A DNA stretch of 64,000 nucleotides from Candidatus Latescibacterota bacterium (GCA_965243025.1 CBDETY010000003.1:5952001-6016000), one strand, 5' to 3'; shown: positions 10,435 through 21,413, counted from the first letter of the stretch. Notes: a model not told the origin generated them from the sequence alone. Program-made: numbers and translations.

Positions 10435-11304
10435 ATGAGAACAGGGCTGGTCATGCTGTGCGCACTCGGCTGCACCGTCGGGGCGGGAGATTCACCTGCC
10501 GAGGCGGGAGGATACGGATGGTATTTCAGCGGCGCATCCGGTCTTGCCCTGAGCTCGGGCATGGACCAAACCGGCTGGAACCGGGACACGGTCTGCTATC
10601 CGACCGACCCCTGCTTCACCGCCGATCCCGTTCCGGAGCTGACGGGGTACCGCTGGGGTTACGACATCGAAGCGGATGTCGGCCACGGGTTCGAGTTCGC
10701 CCTCGGCCGCGGCCTCGGCGGCCTGCGTCTCGAGGTCTCGTTCTCCCGGAGCAGGAACGACATCGACCAGGAATTCGCCTCTCTCGAGTATTTCGACGGC
10801 AGCCCATGGATCGGCCGGGAGGGGACCGTGGTTTCCAACGACGTGGCTTCGATCGGCTGGCTCACCACCCGGATTCTGGCGCTCAACGTGTACCGCGACT
10901 TCCGGGTGACCCGCCGCCTGGCCCCCTACGCCGGCGCCGGGCTTGGCGCGGCCTTCGCCACGGTCAGCGACGTGCAGTACTCCAACGACTACCAGGACAC
11001 CGCGGAGTCGCCCCCTGTCTACGACCCGCCGCTGTCGTTCTACAACAGCGTCCAGGACTCCGACTATTCCGGCAGGGCGGCCGCCGGCCGGCTGCACGCA
11101 GGAGTTGATTACGAGGTGAACGGCCGGATGCTGCTCGGCGCCAAGCTGACTTGGTCCCTGGTCGGCGAAATCACCGACACCGGCGTCTATGCCAGGCACC
11201 CGATGCAACAGGAGGGGGATCCCCCCTTCACCAACACGACCCGCTTCGGTGCGTCGCGCGGCTGGTCGCTGGCCCTCGCCGTCAAGCACCGGCTCGGGGG
11301 GTGA
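10435..11304 (+). CDS. Outer-membrane beta-barrel protein (opacity/porin-like)
   Basis: Signal peptide; NVYRDF, PYAGAGLG and AGVDYEV beta-strands; AGGAGG RBS upstream of ATG 10435. Confidence 0.7.
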   Translation: MRTGLVMLCALGCTVGAGDSPAEAGGYGWYFSGASGLALSSGMDQTGWNRDTVCYPTDPCFTADPVPELTGYRWGYDIEADVGHGFEFALGRGLGGLRLEVSFSRSRNDIDQEFASLEYFDGSPWIGREGTVVSNDVASIGWLTTRILALNVYRDFRVTRRLAPYAGAGLGAAFATVSDVQYSNDYQDTAESPPVYDPPLSFYNSVQDSDYSGRAAAGRLHAGVDYEVNGRMLLGAKLTWSLVGEITDTGVYARHPMQQEGDPPFTNTTRFGASRGWSLALAVKHRLGG

Positions 11305-11411
11305 GGGTTCGGGGGCTCAACCCCAGTCATGCTCCGTGACCGGGGATATGGGGACATCGGAGGGGGCCTGCCGAAAAACAACCTGTTGGAAGGCAACCGG
11401 AACGGTAGCTG

Positions 11412-11828
11412 CTAACCTTGTGCCGAGGTCCCGACGTGCAGGTGCCGGCCTATGGCTCCGAGTGCTGCGTCCAGTTGATCCATTCGCGAGTTGTGCTGGA
11501 CATCCAGCACCCGGTCCACCTGCGGCAGGTGCCAGCCGAGGCGGCGGGCGAGCTCTGCTTTCCCGATGCCCTGCTCTCGCATTCCTTGATAGAGCATCAC
11601 CTTGATTGCGGTGAGGGTCGGCAGCACGGCGGTTTCCGGTCTTGGAGAAGGCGCGGGAATGTCCCGCCCGTCGTGGATGCGGGCGGCTATCGCCTCTTCC
11701 AGGGCATCGACAGCCCGGGCGAGCGCTTCGTCCCTGTCCATTCCGAACGTGGTGAGTTCCGGAAAATCCGGGGATGTGGCCAGCAAGGTGCCATCATCCT
11801 CCTGGAGCAGAATGGGCCAGGTCAGCAT
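11412..11828 (-). CDS. hicB: Type II TA antitoxin, HicB family
   Basis: TSPDFPELTTFG, DALEEAIAARIHDGRDIPAPS, C-terminal HTH KAELARRLGWHLPQVDR. Confidence 0.9.
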   Translation of the reverse strand: MLTWPILLQEDDGTLLATSPDFPELTTFGMDRDEALARAVDALEEAIAARIHDGRDIPAPSPRPETAVLPTLTAIKVMLYQGMREQGIGKAELARRLGWHLPQVDRVLDVQHNSRMDQLDAALGAIGRHLHVGTSAQG

Positions 11829-11872
11829 CAGGTCAACCCCAGATCCTTCTTGATTTTGGCGACCAGCCCTCG
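11828..11872 (-). pseudogene. hicA: C-terminal remnant of HicA toxin
   Basis: Reads RGLVAKIKKDLGLT*; its TGA overlaps the hicB ATG; an in-frame stop lies a short way upstream and no N-terminal half is present. Confidence 0.6.
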
Positions 11873-11974
11873 GTCACCGACCAAGTAAAATTTACTACGC
11901 CGCCTCGGGAATTACCTTGGTGGAAGCAGGGTGTTGTTAGAGGAACGCCTGATGAGAGTGGAACACCAGCAATT

Positions 11975-13303
11975 ATGTTCGTAGAAGGGTATACCGATCA
12001 GCTGAGCTACCGGGCGGGGGAGAAGGTGCGCTTTCACGTCTCCACCAGCGCCGAGGAGTACGCGCTGGAAGTGGCGCGGATCGGGGCCGGCCGCGAAGTC
12101 GTATGGCGGGAGGACCAGCTTCCCGGGGCGGCCCATCCGGTTCCGGAAGACGCCTCCTCCAACGGCTGCGGCTGGCCGGTCTCCCACTCGCTGGAGGTGC
12201 CGGACGACTGGCGCAGCGGCTACTACGAGTTCGCGCTGCGCGCCGAGGACCAGGGGGGCAGGTTCGTGCAGCGGGGGCGGCGCACCGCCGAGAGCCGGGG
12301 CTTCTTCATCGTCCGCCCGGCAGGCCCCACCGACGCCCGCATCCTGCTGCAGCTGGCGACCAATACCTACAGCGCCTACAACAACTGGGGCGGCTACAGC
12401 TTCTACAGCTACCACGGCCGCGGCGGGCTCCAGGGGCATCGCGTCTCCTTCGACCGCCCCCTGGCCGGGCTGTTCGACCGCTGGGAGCGGGACTTCGTCG
12501 AGTGGGCGGAGGGCGCCGGATACGCGCTCGACTACTGCGCCAACTCCGACCTCGAGCGGCATCCCGGGCTGCTGGAGAACTACCGGCTCGTGCTGAGCGT
12601 TGGGCACGACGAATACTGGTCGGAGCCCATGCGCGACCACCTCGAAGCCTGGATCGCGGCCGGGGGCAACGCCGCCTTCTTCAGCGGCAACTCCGTGTGC
12701 TGGCGGGTGCGCAGCGAGGACGAGGGCCGGGCGCTGGTCTGCTGGAAACAGCAGTTCAACATGGACCCGGCCTGGTTCGCAGGAGATTTCGCGGACCTGT
12801 CGACCCTGTGGAGCCATCACCTCGTCGGCCGGCCGGAAAACCAGCTGACCGGGGTGGGGTTTCTGTACGGCGGCTATCACCTGAGCCACGGGCAGTACAT
12901 GGACGGGTCCGGGGCGTTTGCGGTCCACCGCCCGGAGCACTGGGTTTTCGCGGGGACCGGCCTGCAGCGAGGCGAAAGCTTCGGAGGGGACCACACCGTC
13001 GTCGGGTACGAGTGCGACGGCTGCGAGTTCACCCTGGAAGAGGGGCTGCCGGTACCCACGGGGACCGATGGCACCCCGGCGGACTTCACCATCCTGTGCA
13101 CCGCCCCGGCGCGGTGGCACCCGAACGACAGCTGGTGGTACGAGCGCTGGGAGAAGGGCCGGGAGGGCGCCGCGGTCATGGGCCTCTACACCCGCGGGGG
13201 GACGGTGTTCACGGCCGGGACGACCGACTGGTCGCACGGGCTCGAGGGAGACGCGGCAGTCGCCCGGATCACCCGCAACGTCCTCGACCGGCTGAGCCGG
13301 TAG
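11975..13303 (+). CDS. N,N-dimethylformamidase beta-subunit family protein (DUF6605-like)
   Basis: EGYTDQLSY, TYSAYNNWGG, VSFDRP, SVGHDEYWS, FFSGN, GYECD; ATG 11975 preferred over the longer ORF start at 11774. Confidence 0.8.
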   Translation: MFVEGYTDQLSYRAGEKVRFHVSTSAEEYALEVARIGAGREVVWREDQLPGAAHPVPEDASSNGCGWPVSHSLEVPDDWRSGYYEFALRAEDQGGRFVQRGRRTAESRGFFIVRPAGPTDARILLQLATNTYSAYNNWGGYSFYSYHGRGGLQGHRVSFDRPLAGLFDRWERDFVEWAEGAGYALDYCANSDLERHPGLLENYRLVLSVGHDEYWSEPMRDHLEAWIAAGGNAAFFSGNSVCWRVRSEDEGRALVCWKQQFNMDPAWFAGDFADLSTLWSHHLVGRPENQLTGVGFLYGGYHLSHGQYMDGSGAFAVHRPEHWVFAGTGLQRGESFGGDHTVVGYECDGCEFTLEEGLPVPTGTDGTPADFTILCTAPARWHPNDSWWYERWEKGREGAAVMGLYTRGGTVFTAGTTDWSHGLEGDAAVARITRNVLDRLSR

Positions 13304-13328
13304 CGATCCGACATACCATCCCGGGGAC

Positions 13329-15677
13329 GTGTTGCCCAGGAAGGCATCCACCATGCTCCCGGTCCTGTTCTTGTTTATGGTCCTTGGCGCTGCTCCGGCC
13401 GCGGCCATCGATGGCGCTATTGCCGGCCGAATCGAGGACGGCACAACGGGTACGGGCCTCATGGGGGCTTATGTCCTGGTCACCGGGACCCGCCTTGGGG
13501 CCGTGGCCGACAGCAGCGGTTCCTTTTACATACGCTCCGTGCCGCCGGGAACGTACCGCCTGACTGCAAAAATGCTGGGCTACAAGGCGCGAATCGTGCG
13601 CCAGGTCTTCGTACACTCCGGCGAGACTACCTCTCTCGAGATCGACTTGCAGCCGCAGTCCATTGAACTGGCGACCGTCACCGTCGTCGGCCACCGCCGC
13701 GATCCGGCCTCCCAACAGGCCGGCGCCCACCAGATCGAAGCGCGCCATGTCGTCGAAATGCCAGGAGGGGGCGAGGATCTGTTTCGCTCGCTGCACGCCC
13801 TGCCGGGGGTGGTTGCCCGCGCCGATTTTGCCAGCCAGCTCTACGTGCGCGGCGGCAGCCCCGACCAGAACCTCATCGTCGTCGACAGAGTGCCGGTATT
13901 CAACCCGTACCGGCTCAAGCTGCTCGGCGGCCCGGTGAGCATGTTCAATCCCGATATGGTCGAGAGGGTCGAGTTGTTGCCCGGCGGCTTCCCGGCCCGG
14001 TACGGCGACCGCCTCTCGGCGGTGTTGGTGGTCGAGAACCGCGAAGGCGCGCGCGAGCGGCGGCAATGGCGCGGCGGCGCAAGCCTGATCGACATGCGCG
14101 CCTTTGCCGAAGGCCCGCTACCCGGATCGCGCCGGAACGGTTCGTGGACCGCCGCCACGCGGCGCACCTGGTACGACCAGTTGCTCAACCGCCTCGACAG
14201 CCTGCCCAAAGGCACGGTTCTGCCCTTCTTCCGCGACTATCAGGCCAAGCTTGTTTACGATCTCGGGCCGGAACAGAAACTTCACCTCAACGTCCTGAAT
14301 TCCCACGAAGGGGCTCTGCTCAGGGACTTGGACGTGGAGGAGGAGGACGACGAGGACTTTTTCACCGCCGCGGACCAGTTCCAGTTCGAAAGCGGCTTCG
14401 ACAACAATCTGTACAGCCTCGGCTGGGCCAATGCCGTAAGCGATGTGACCCTCTCGGATCTGACCCTGTCCTTTTTCAACGACGACTGGTTCTTCGACCT
14501 GACCACCGAGGAGGAATTCTTCCGCGCCGACATCGACATGCGCAAGCTCGATATCCGCGAGGATCTGATTCACATCGCCAGCCGCGACCACCACCTGCGC
14601 ATGGGCTTGTCGGTGGCCGACCTGATAACCGATATCATGGTGGAGATACGCCAGGATTCGGCGGCCTATTTCGAGCGCGAGCCCGGCGACCGGCGCGACG
14701 GGGACGGCGCCATGGTCGAACGCAGCATCCGCCTGCAGAACGCCTCGACGACCACCGCCTTTTTCCTGCAGGACGAGTGGCGGCGCTGGCATCCCCGCCT
14801 GCTGGTGCTGCCCGGGGTGCGGCTGGATTACTCGACCTTTACCCGGGAGTGGGTCTTCAGCCCCCGTCTGGGGCTGAACTACGCCCTGACGAGCGACCTG
14901 CGGGGGCGCGGCGGCTGGGGGTTTTACCACCAGGCGCCCAACTTCGTCGGCCTCTTCGAGCGCTTTGAACGGGAAATCGAGTGGAACCTGTTCGAGACCA
15001 TCGTCCTGAAAACCGAACGGGCGCAGCACTTCACCGCCGGGCTGGACTGGGACCGCGGCCAGGCGCATGCGGCCAAACTCGAAGGTTATTACAAGCGGCT
15101 CGACCATCTGGTGGTAGCCCGCGATTCGACCTACCAGTCCATTCCCGACAACAGCGGGCGGGGCCACGCCTGCGGCCTCGAACTTTTCCTGCAGCGGCGG
15201 CCGTCCGCGGCCGCCCGCCTGTCGGGCTGGGTCAGTTATTCGCTGGGCGTCAGCAAGGAGGGCAATCCCCGGGACCCCCTGCACTACCGCGACGTCGATC
15301 AACGCCACACCCTGGACCTGATCGGCCGCCTGCGCCTGACCGGGCGTTCGTCGCTAGATGTGCGCTACAGCTACGGCAGCGGCTTCCCCTGGACTCCGGT
15401 GGCCGTGGACTCCGACGGCGAGCCGCTGTTCGACGCCGAAGGCAACGTCGTCTGGGAGGCGACCAATTCGCGGCGCTATCCGGCCTACCGCCGCCTCGAC
15501 GTGCGCCTGAGCTGGCGCGGCGAGGTCGGCGGGCGCACGTGCACGGCTTATCTCGAAGTCATCAACGCGCTGAACCGCCGCAATGTCTTCGAGTATTACT
15601 GGGACGAGGACTACCGCCGTCTGGTCAGCTACATGTTGCCGCTCATGCCCTTTTTCGGGCTGCGCCTGGGAAATTGA
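13329..15677 (+). CDS. TonB-dependent receptor with N-terminal carboxypeptidase-regulatory-like domain
   Basis: LPGV, VRGGSPDQN, GGFPARYGDRLS plug motifs; YRRLDVR, NALNRRN; start may instead be ATG 13353. Confidence 0.92.
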   Translation: MLPRKASTMLPVLFLFMVLGAAPAAAIDGAIAGRIEDGTTGTGLMGAYVLVTGTRLGAVADSSGSFYIRSVPPGTYRLTAKMLGYKARIVRQVFVHSGETTSLEIDLQPQSIELATVTVVGHRRDPASQQAGAHQIEARHVVEMPGGGEDLFRSLHALPGVVARADFASQLYVRGGSPDQNLIVVDRVPVFNPYRLKLLGGPVSMFNPDMVERVELLPGGFPARYGDRLSAVLVVENREGARERRQWRGGASLIDMRAFAEGPLPGSRRNGSWTAATRRTWYDQLLNRLDSLPKGTVLPFFRDYQAKLVYDLGPEQKLHLNVLNSHEGALLRDLDVEEEDDEDFFTAADQFQFESGFDNNLYSLGWANAVSDVTLSDLTLSFFNDDWFFDLTTEEEFFRADIDMRKLDIREDLIHIASRDHHLRMGLSVADLITDIMVEIRQDSAAYFEREPGDRRDGDGAMVERSIRLQNASTTTAFFLQDEWRRWHPRLLVLPGVRLDYSTFTREWVFSPRLGLNYALTSDLRGRGGWGFYHQAPNFVGLFERFEREIEWNLFETIVLKTERAQHFTAGLDWDRGQAHAAKLEGYYKRLDHLVVARDSTYQSIPDNSGRGHACGLELFLQRRPSAAARLSGWVSYSLGVSKEGNPRDPLHYRDVDQRHTLDLIGRLRLTGRSSLDVRYSYGSGFPWTPVAVDSDGEPLFDAEGNVVWEATNSRRYPAYRRLDVRLSWRGEVGGRTCTAYLEVINALNRRNVFEYYWDEDYRRLVSYMLPLMPFFGLRLGN

Positions 15678-15696
15678 CCGGTCCGGGCCGGCTGCT

Positions 15697-16566
15697 TCAT
15701 GCGGTCACTATCCACTTGTCCCTTTCCCACTGCTTCTGCCCGATCCGCTCGACGTACTCCTCTCCCATGTGCTCGCTCAGCCAGCCCTTGAGGGGAACGT
15801 CCTCCTCCGTCGGCTGCCACCAGCCCTTGACGTCCACCCCGTCGCCGAGCAGCTGCCGCCGTATCGGACTGCACTTCTCGAGGATCTCGCCGGGAATCAG
15901 GTTGTAGTCGAGGCCGCGCAGCCAGCGGTAGCTGTACCCCAGGAACAGCACTTTCCGGGTCGTATCCGAGGTGTTGATCCCGCGCGAATGCCACATCCGC
16001 CGGTCGAACAGCACCGCGGTTCCCGCCTTCACCCGGACCTGCATCGCATCGGCAAAGTCGGGCGCCCGGTCCCGTTTGTGGCTTTCCGGGACGATCCGGA
16101 TCCCCCCGCTGCCAGGGGCGCTGATGTCGGTGAGCCAGAACCCGACCTTCAGCGACAACCGCGGGTGGGGACGCTCCATTTCGGGGATCGGCCGACCGCC
16201 GTCCTGGTGCCATCCGCCGGGCTTCGGGTCGGCGTCATCCCCTGTTTCGGGCGGGTAGTAGATAAGGTGGGAGATGTAGTGCTGGACGTTCCAGCCGAGG
16301 ATGTCCCAGACAAGCGGGAACGTCTTCGGCCAGTCGAGCAGTTCGAGAAACAGGTCGTCCTCGACGATGGTCCTGAACTTCATCATCAGGGAATCCGGCG
16401 CCAGATCCCGCGCCGCTCTTTCCCGGGCATCTACGCGGTCGCCGGCTTCCAGCAGCCTTCCCAGCATGTCGTCGTCGAGCGCGTCCTCCACGACCAGGTA
16501 TCCCTGCTGTTCGAAGTGATCCCGCTGCTCATCGGTCATGCAGTACTGCAGGCAGTCAGGGTCCAT
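15697..16566 (-). CDS. Phytanoyl-CoA dioxygenase (PhyH) family protein
   Basis: FEQQGYLVVEDAL, WHQD, VPESH, AGTAVLFD..WH. Confidence 0.88.
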   Translation of the reverse strand: MDPDCLQYCMTDEQRDHFEQQGYLVVEDALDDDMLGRLLEAGDRVDARERAARDLAPDSLMMKFRTIVEDDLFLELLDWPKTFPLVWDILGWNVQHYISHLIYYPPETGDDADPKPGGWHQDGGRPIPEMERPHPRLSLKVGFWLTDISAPGSGGIRIVPESHKRDRAPDFADAMQVRVKAGTAVLFDRRMWHSRGINTSDTTRKVLFLGYSYRWLRGLDYNLIPGEILEKCSPIRRQLLGDGVDVKGWWQPTEEDVPLKGWLSEHMGEEYVERIGQKQWERDKWIVTA

Positions 16567-16590
16567 GGGTGCGTTCTCCTGCCCGTCTCG

Positions 16591-18456
16591 TCAACCCCTG
16601 GACAGATCGTTTTTCTTCAGTTTGCGGTACAGGGTCGCGCGGTCGATGCCCAGGGCCTCGGCTGCCTTCATGACATCATTGCCTGTGATTTCGAGGGCGT
16701 GGACCAGGGCCTGGCGCTCCAATTCGGCCAGCGGCCGGACCTCGGGCGGCGGGTGACTGCTTCCGCCAGCGATGACGGTGGACAACTGGGGAGGCAGGTT
16801 GCCGGCTTGGAGCACTTCGTTCCCCTCCAGCAGCACGGCGCGCTGGATTGCGTTCTCCAGCTCGCGCACGTTGCCGGGCCAGTCGTACTGGAGCAACATG
16901 CGCTGGGCAGCGGTGGAAAGGCCACTGATGGATTTTCCCGCGTTTTCGGCGTGTATTTCGAGGAAATGCCTGGCCAGCAGGGGAATGTCCTCGCGTCGGT
17001 CTCTCAGCGGCGGAATGGCGATCGGGAAAGCGGAGACGCGGTAGAAAAGATCCTGGCGGAACTTCCCCTCCCTTGCTGAACGCTCCAGGTCCTTGTTGGT
17101 CGCCGTCATTACCCGGATGTCCACGGGAACGGGAGCCGTTCCGCCCACCCGCTGGATTTCCCGCTCCTGCAGGACGCGCAGCAGTTTGCCCTGCAGGGCG
17201 ACGGGCATGTCGCCGATCTCGTCGAGCAGGATCGTTCCTTTGTCGGCGCGCTCGAAGGCCCCGGTTCGCTGTTCCGTCGCCCCGGTGAAAGCCCCTCGTT
17301 CATGTCCGAACAGCTCGCTTTCGATGAGCGTTTCGGGAATGGCGGCGCAATTGACGGCCACGAACGGCCCCTGCTTTCGCGGGCCGTTGAGGTGAACGGA
17401 CTTGGCAACCAACTCCTTCCCGGTGCCGCTCTCGCCGCGAATGAGCATCCCGATATCGCTTTTGGCGGCCTGCTCCATCAGCGCGTACACCTCCTGCATT
17501 CCAGGGCTGATGCCGACCATGTCGGCAAATGAGCTGGTCGTCTTCAGCTCGCTGCGCAGGCGCAGCACCTCGGCTTTCATCTGCTCGGCCTCGATCTCCC
17601 TGGACACGTCCCGGTAGAGGACGAGGCTGCCGATCTCCTCACCGCCGCCGTCGCGCACCGGTGCGGTGGAGCGGTAAAACAGCCGCTGCCTGGGGTCGTG
17701 GTCCGAGCTGGTCGATTCCACGAAGCTGCCGCTGTCGAGCAGAAACCTTCCCTCCACGTCGCTGAAATCCGGTTCCCGGAACCGCTCTTCGAAGCGCGCC
17801 GCGAGATCGCGCGGGGGGATTTCCCTCAACTCGCTACCCATCAGACCCAGCAACTCCTCGTACGCCTGGTTGGCGAAGACGAGGCGGCCGTCGCTGTCGT
17901 GCATGGCGATGGCGTCCCCCGTGGCGTTGAGCACCGCTTCCAGCCTGCGATGGCTGTTGGTAAGCTGCCGTTCGATGTTCCACTTCCCGGCCAGGGAAAC
18001 GGTGATCTGCTGAACTTCCTCGTGCGAAAAAGGCTTTCGGATATAGAGCAGCTTGTGCAGCAATTCCATGTCGTGGACGATCTCGGGCAGCGCCTTGTCG
18101 GTGTACGCGGTCATGATGACGATCTCGACGTCGCGATCGATTGTTCTGATACGCCGAATCGTTTCGATGCCGTCGATGCCCGGGGGCATTCTGATGTCGA
18201 TGTAGGCGACAGAAATGGGGCGGTTGGATTCCTTTCCCCTTCGGACAGTCGCGCAGGCTTCCTCCCCGTTGTACGCGTGCTGCAACTCGAACTCGGGGAG
18301 CCAGGCCTCCTCTTCCTCGCCCATGAAGGCAGCGGCGAGATCGTCCTTTGGCGGCTGCGCAAAACAGGGCCCCAGCATCTCCCTGAAGTCGTCGTGGATC
18401 TCCTGCTGATCGTCGACGATAAGCACAAGGTTGTTCTCATGATTACCTGGTTTCAT
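16591..18456 (-). CDS. Sigma54-dependent enhancer-binding response regulator (REC-PAS-AAA+-HTH_8)
   Basis: IVDD/DIRMPPG receiver, GESGTGKE, GAFTGA, LDEIG, WPGNVREL, LGIDRATLYRKL. Confidence 0.95.
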   Translation of the reverse strand: MKPGNHENNLVLIVDDQQEIHDDFREMLGPCFAQPPKDDLAAAFMGEEEEAWLPEFELQHAYNGEEACATVRRGKESNRPISVAYIDIRMPPGIDGIETIRRIRTIDRDVEIVIMTAYTDKALPEIVHDMELLHKLLYIRKPFSHEEVQQITVSLAGKWNIERQLTNSHRRLEAVLNATGDAIAMHDSDGRLVFANQAYEELLGLMGSELREIPPRDLAARFEERFREPDFSDVEGRFLLDSGSFVESTSSDHDPRQRLFYRSTAPVRDGGGEEIGSLVLYRDVSREIEAEQMKAEVLRLRSELKTTSSFADMVGISPGMQEVYALMEQAAKSDIGMLIRGESGTGKELVAKSVHLNGPRKQGPFVAVNCAAIPETLIESELFGHERGAFTGATEQRTGAFERADKGTILLDEIGDMPVALQGKLLRVLQEREIQRVGGTAPVPVDIRVMTATNKDLERSAREGKFRQDLFYRVSAFPIAIPPLRDRREDIPLLARHFLEIHAENAGKSISGLSTAAQRMLLQYDWPGNVRELENAIQRAVLLEGNEVLQAGNLPPQLSTVIAGGSSHPPPEVRPLAELERQALVHALEITGNDVMKAAEALGIDRATLYRKLKKNDLSRG

Positions 18457-18512
18457 CTACTACCGCTTTCTAGCGGTCGATTGACCCGCTGGTAAAGGGA
18501 CGGTACGGTTGA

Positions 18513-20377
18513 TTATCCTGCGGTTGACTGGGGGGCGACCGAGGAGAGCGGCAGTCTGACAAGCATGGCAGCGCCCTTGCCCGTGCCATCGCTCAACGCC
18601 CGAATCCGGCCGCCGGCCGCAATTACGAAATTGGCCGCGGAATGGAGGCCGAGCCCGCTCCCCGATTTTTTCGTGGTATAACCGGGGGCAAAGATCAGCT
18701 TGGCGTCCTTCTTCTTGATTCCGATCCCGTTGTCGCGCACTTCGAGGTGGAGGAAATCCCCTTTGGCGCAGGCCTTGATCAGGATGCGCGGGGTCTCCTC
18801 GAGTCCCTGCGTTGAGGCGAGATCGTCGATGGCTTCGATCGAATTCTTGACCAGATTGATCAGCATCTGGTGAAACTGGCTCTCCTGGATACGGATTTCC
18901 CGAGGTGCGTCCTCGCAGTCGATGGCAACCTGGATCCTCCGCTTGTTGATCGAATCTCTCAAGACCCTGACGGCGCCCGAGAACGCATCCTGGAGGTCGA
19001 TGTCCTTGCGGTCCATGGTAGATCTGTGGAGCGCCTTTTGGGTACGGACGATTTCCGCTATGTGATTTGCCCGGTCCCTGACGCGCAGGACCGTTTTGGC
19101 CAGCTCGTCGTTCCTCTTGGAGAAGCCTTCGGAGAGCGCGATGATGAACGGCATCACCTTGCGGCCCTGCGGGTCGTCTTCGACGTAGCCTGCCCAGTCG
19201 TCCCGGTGTTCCTTTACCGCCGCGGCCAAAGCGTAGAGGCGGCGTCCGAGGCGGTCGTTGACCAGGGTCTGGCGCACCGTCTCGATTCCCGTGGTTACGC
19301 TGTTGATGGCGTTGCCGATGTTGTGGAGGATGGTATCGACGACCTCCAGCCGTCCCTGCGCGAAGGCTATCGCCAGCGCTTCCTCGGCAAGCCGGCGCTC
19401 GGTGACGTCGCGGAAGATGATTACGCCGCCCCTGATCCCCCCGATGTTGTCGAGCAGCGGACGCCCACTCACCCGGATGTACACTCCGTTCGGCCGTTTC
19501 TGATTGCGTATGAACACATCCTCCTCGTCCGTCGACTCGCCCCGGTGTATGGCGCGGATGAGCGGCAGATCTTCCGTTTTCATCGGTGTTTACAATTACA
19601 CCCCCGCCGTGCCCTTCCATACCCGTCTGCAGGGGACGTCCACTTACGCTGACGTGATAGCCCTCCGACTCCACCTCGTTCTGTATGAACAGTTCGACCC
19701 CGTCCGTAGCCTGGCCTTCCAGGGCAAGCAACAGGGGATTCTGATCCGCGGCAAGAACCGTTTTTCCATCAGGTTGAAAGACACCGTATCTCTCCGGCCA
19801 TTTCCTGATATCTTCTTCCCTCGGATTGCTTCCCGCCAATTTTGTCGCGCTCTCATTATAGACCACCGGCACCCCCTTCTCATCGACGGCTACCACCCCC
19901 TCACTCATGGCGTTGAACACGGTTTTCAAGAGCCGGGTGAGGTCTTTGTATTTCCCGACAAGCCGTTTCAGGTGGGCCTTCGTCTCTTTTATGCCTGTTT
20001 TCCCTTGCGTGCATGGAGAGGGCGGTCTGGATGTTGAAGTGCAGTTGGCGCTCGTCAAACGGCCTCAGCACGTAGCCGAACGGGTGGGTAGCCTGCGCCC
20101 GTTGTAAAAGCTCACCATCGGTTCCATCGGTCAGGTAGATCACCGGAATATCGAAACCGCTGGCGAGTCCCTCGCCTGTTTGCGGGCCCGAGACCTCTCC
20201 TTCGAGCCCGAGATCTACCAAGGCAAGGCCGGGACTCAGGTCGGCCGCTATTTCAATTGCCTGGCGGCCGCAGGAAACCGCAGTGTTCGCCGTGTACCCC
20301 AGGTTTTCCAGAAATTCTGAGAGATGTGCCGACCAGGGGTGGTCGTCTTCGACAATCAGTATCTTCGTGTCGGTCAT
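18513..20377 (-). pseudogene. Disrupted REC-PAS-PAS-histidine kinase; the C-terminal kinase part 18513..19583 is still an open frame
   Basis: REC (ILIVEDD) shifts frame at an A-run near 19987-19990 into PAS1; the end of PAS1 (GGVIV) joins out of frame near 19590 to mid-PAS2 (TPMKTEDLP); then H-box LHNIGNA and NLVKNS, DNGIGI, GSGLGL. Confidence 0.75.
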
Positions 20378-20501
20378 TGTCCTGGCATTCAACCTGGTCT
20401 GAGGTTTCCAACACTTGATTGAGACATACCGAGATGTTTGGAGGTGGAAATTAGCGATAAAATTTTTTTACCCGCAATCGTTATCCCCCGCACGAGGACG
20501 G

Positions 20502-21413
20502 CTACTCCGACAGGCTGGCCTTGATGCGGGCCCAGGTGATGCTTTCGACCGCGGTGCCGTCGGTACCACTATCTGCGCCCAGAAGTATCCCGTGTGCCCA
20601 TCGGTCAGATGCCATATTCGAAGAATGATCCCATGTGGCATCCGGGCCCAGCATGAAGTGTAAACAGTCTACTGTTATCGGGTCCGTGTCAGCGTCCGCA
20701 AGTATCATAGCAAACTCTATCATTTTTCCAGTAAACAGTTCCGATGGGAGACTCTGCTCGGGGGAATCCCAGATCAACCTGTCAAACGCGGTTACGTAGA
20801 ACTCGATCACGTAGAAGACGGGCTGACTGTCCAGTACACCCCCGCCGCCATCGGCGTACGGTACCTGGTGCACCCAGGGTGAATCGGTACTCACCCATTC
20901 CAGGAAGACGTTGCTGCCGTATTCATGGTTTTCTGCAATTCCCCAATACTCTTGCGCCTGGCCCATCGTGACATCCCGAATAACCACACGATCTTCCCTT
21001 TCGACTACCGTCCCACCGCTTCGGTCGCCGTCAACCAAAAAATGAACGGTTGCCTCGAAAGGGAACAAAGGAGCCCGACCAAGCCACTCACCTACATAGA
21101 TATCGTCCACGATTTCAGCCGCCACGAACAGGTGATTGCCGGCATCGTGCCAAGCTAGCCAGATGCGAAAGTCGAACGACGACGGGTCGTACTCCGAGGG
21201 AAACCCCGGATGAGTGGCAAAATCCAGCGGCGTCAAGGTCGGTTCGCCGAGTACCTCCGACCAGTCTTCCACCGAACCGTCCCGGAGGTCGATGCGCGCC
21301 CGCATCTCGTCGGTCAACTCCCTGATGGGATAGAGGCGGTCGGACCACTGGGCGTCGAGAGCAATCGTCGGGAGCAGGATGAATAAAGCGTTTCGGAACG
21401 AAAGGAATTGCAT
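20502..21413 (-). CDS. Secreted CBM9-like protein with C-terminal TAVESITWARIKASL motif (paralog 1)
   Basis: Signal peptide; shares YPI.EL..IDL.DG..W, DFRIWLAW, DGD.SGG, YADGGG, EFYVT.FD with four other ORFs in the window. Confidence 0.8.
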   Translation of the reverse strand: MQFLSFRNALFILLPTIALDAQWSDRLYPIRELTDEMRARIDLRDGSVEDWSEVLGEPTLTPLDFATHPGFPSEYDPSSFDFRIWLAWHDAGNHLFVAAEIVDDIYVGEWLGRAPLFPFEATVHFLVDGDRSGGTVVEREDRVVIRDVTMGQAQEYWGIAENHEYGSNVFLEWVSTDSPWVHQVPYADGGGGVLDSQPVFYVIEFYVTAFDRLIWDSPEQSLPSELFTGKMIEFAMILADADTDPITVDCLHFMLGPDATWDHSSNMASDRWAHGILLGADSGTDGTAVESITWARIKASLSE

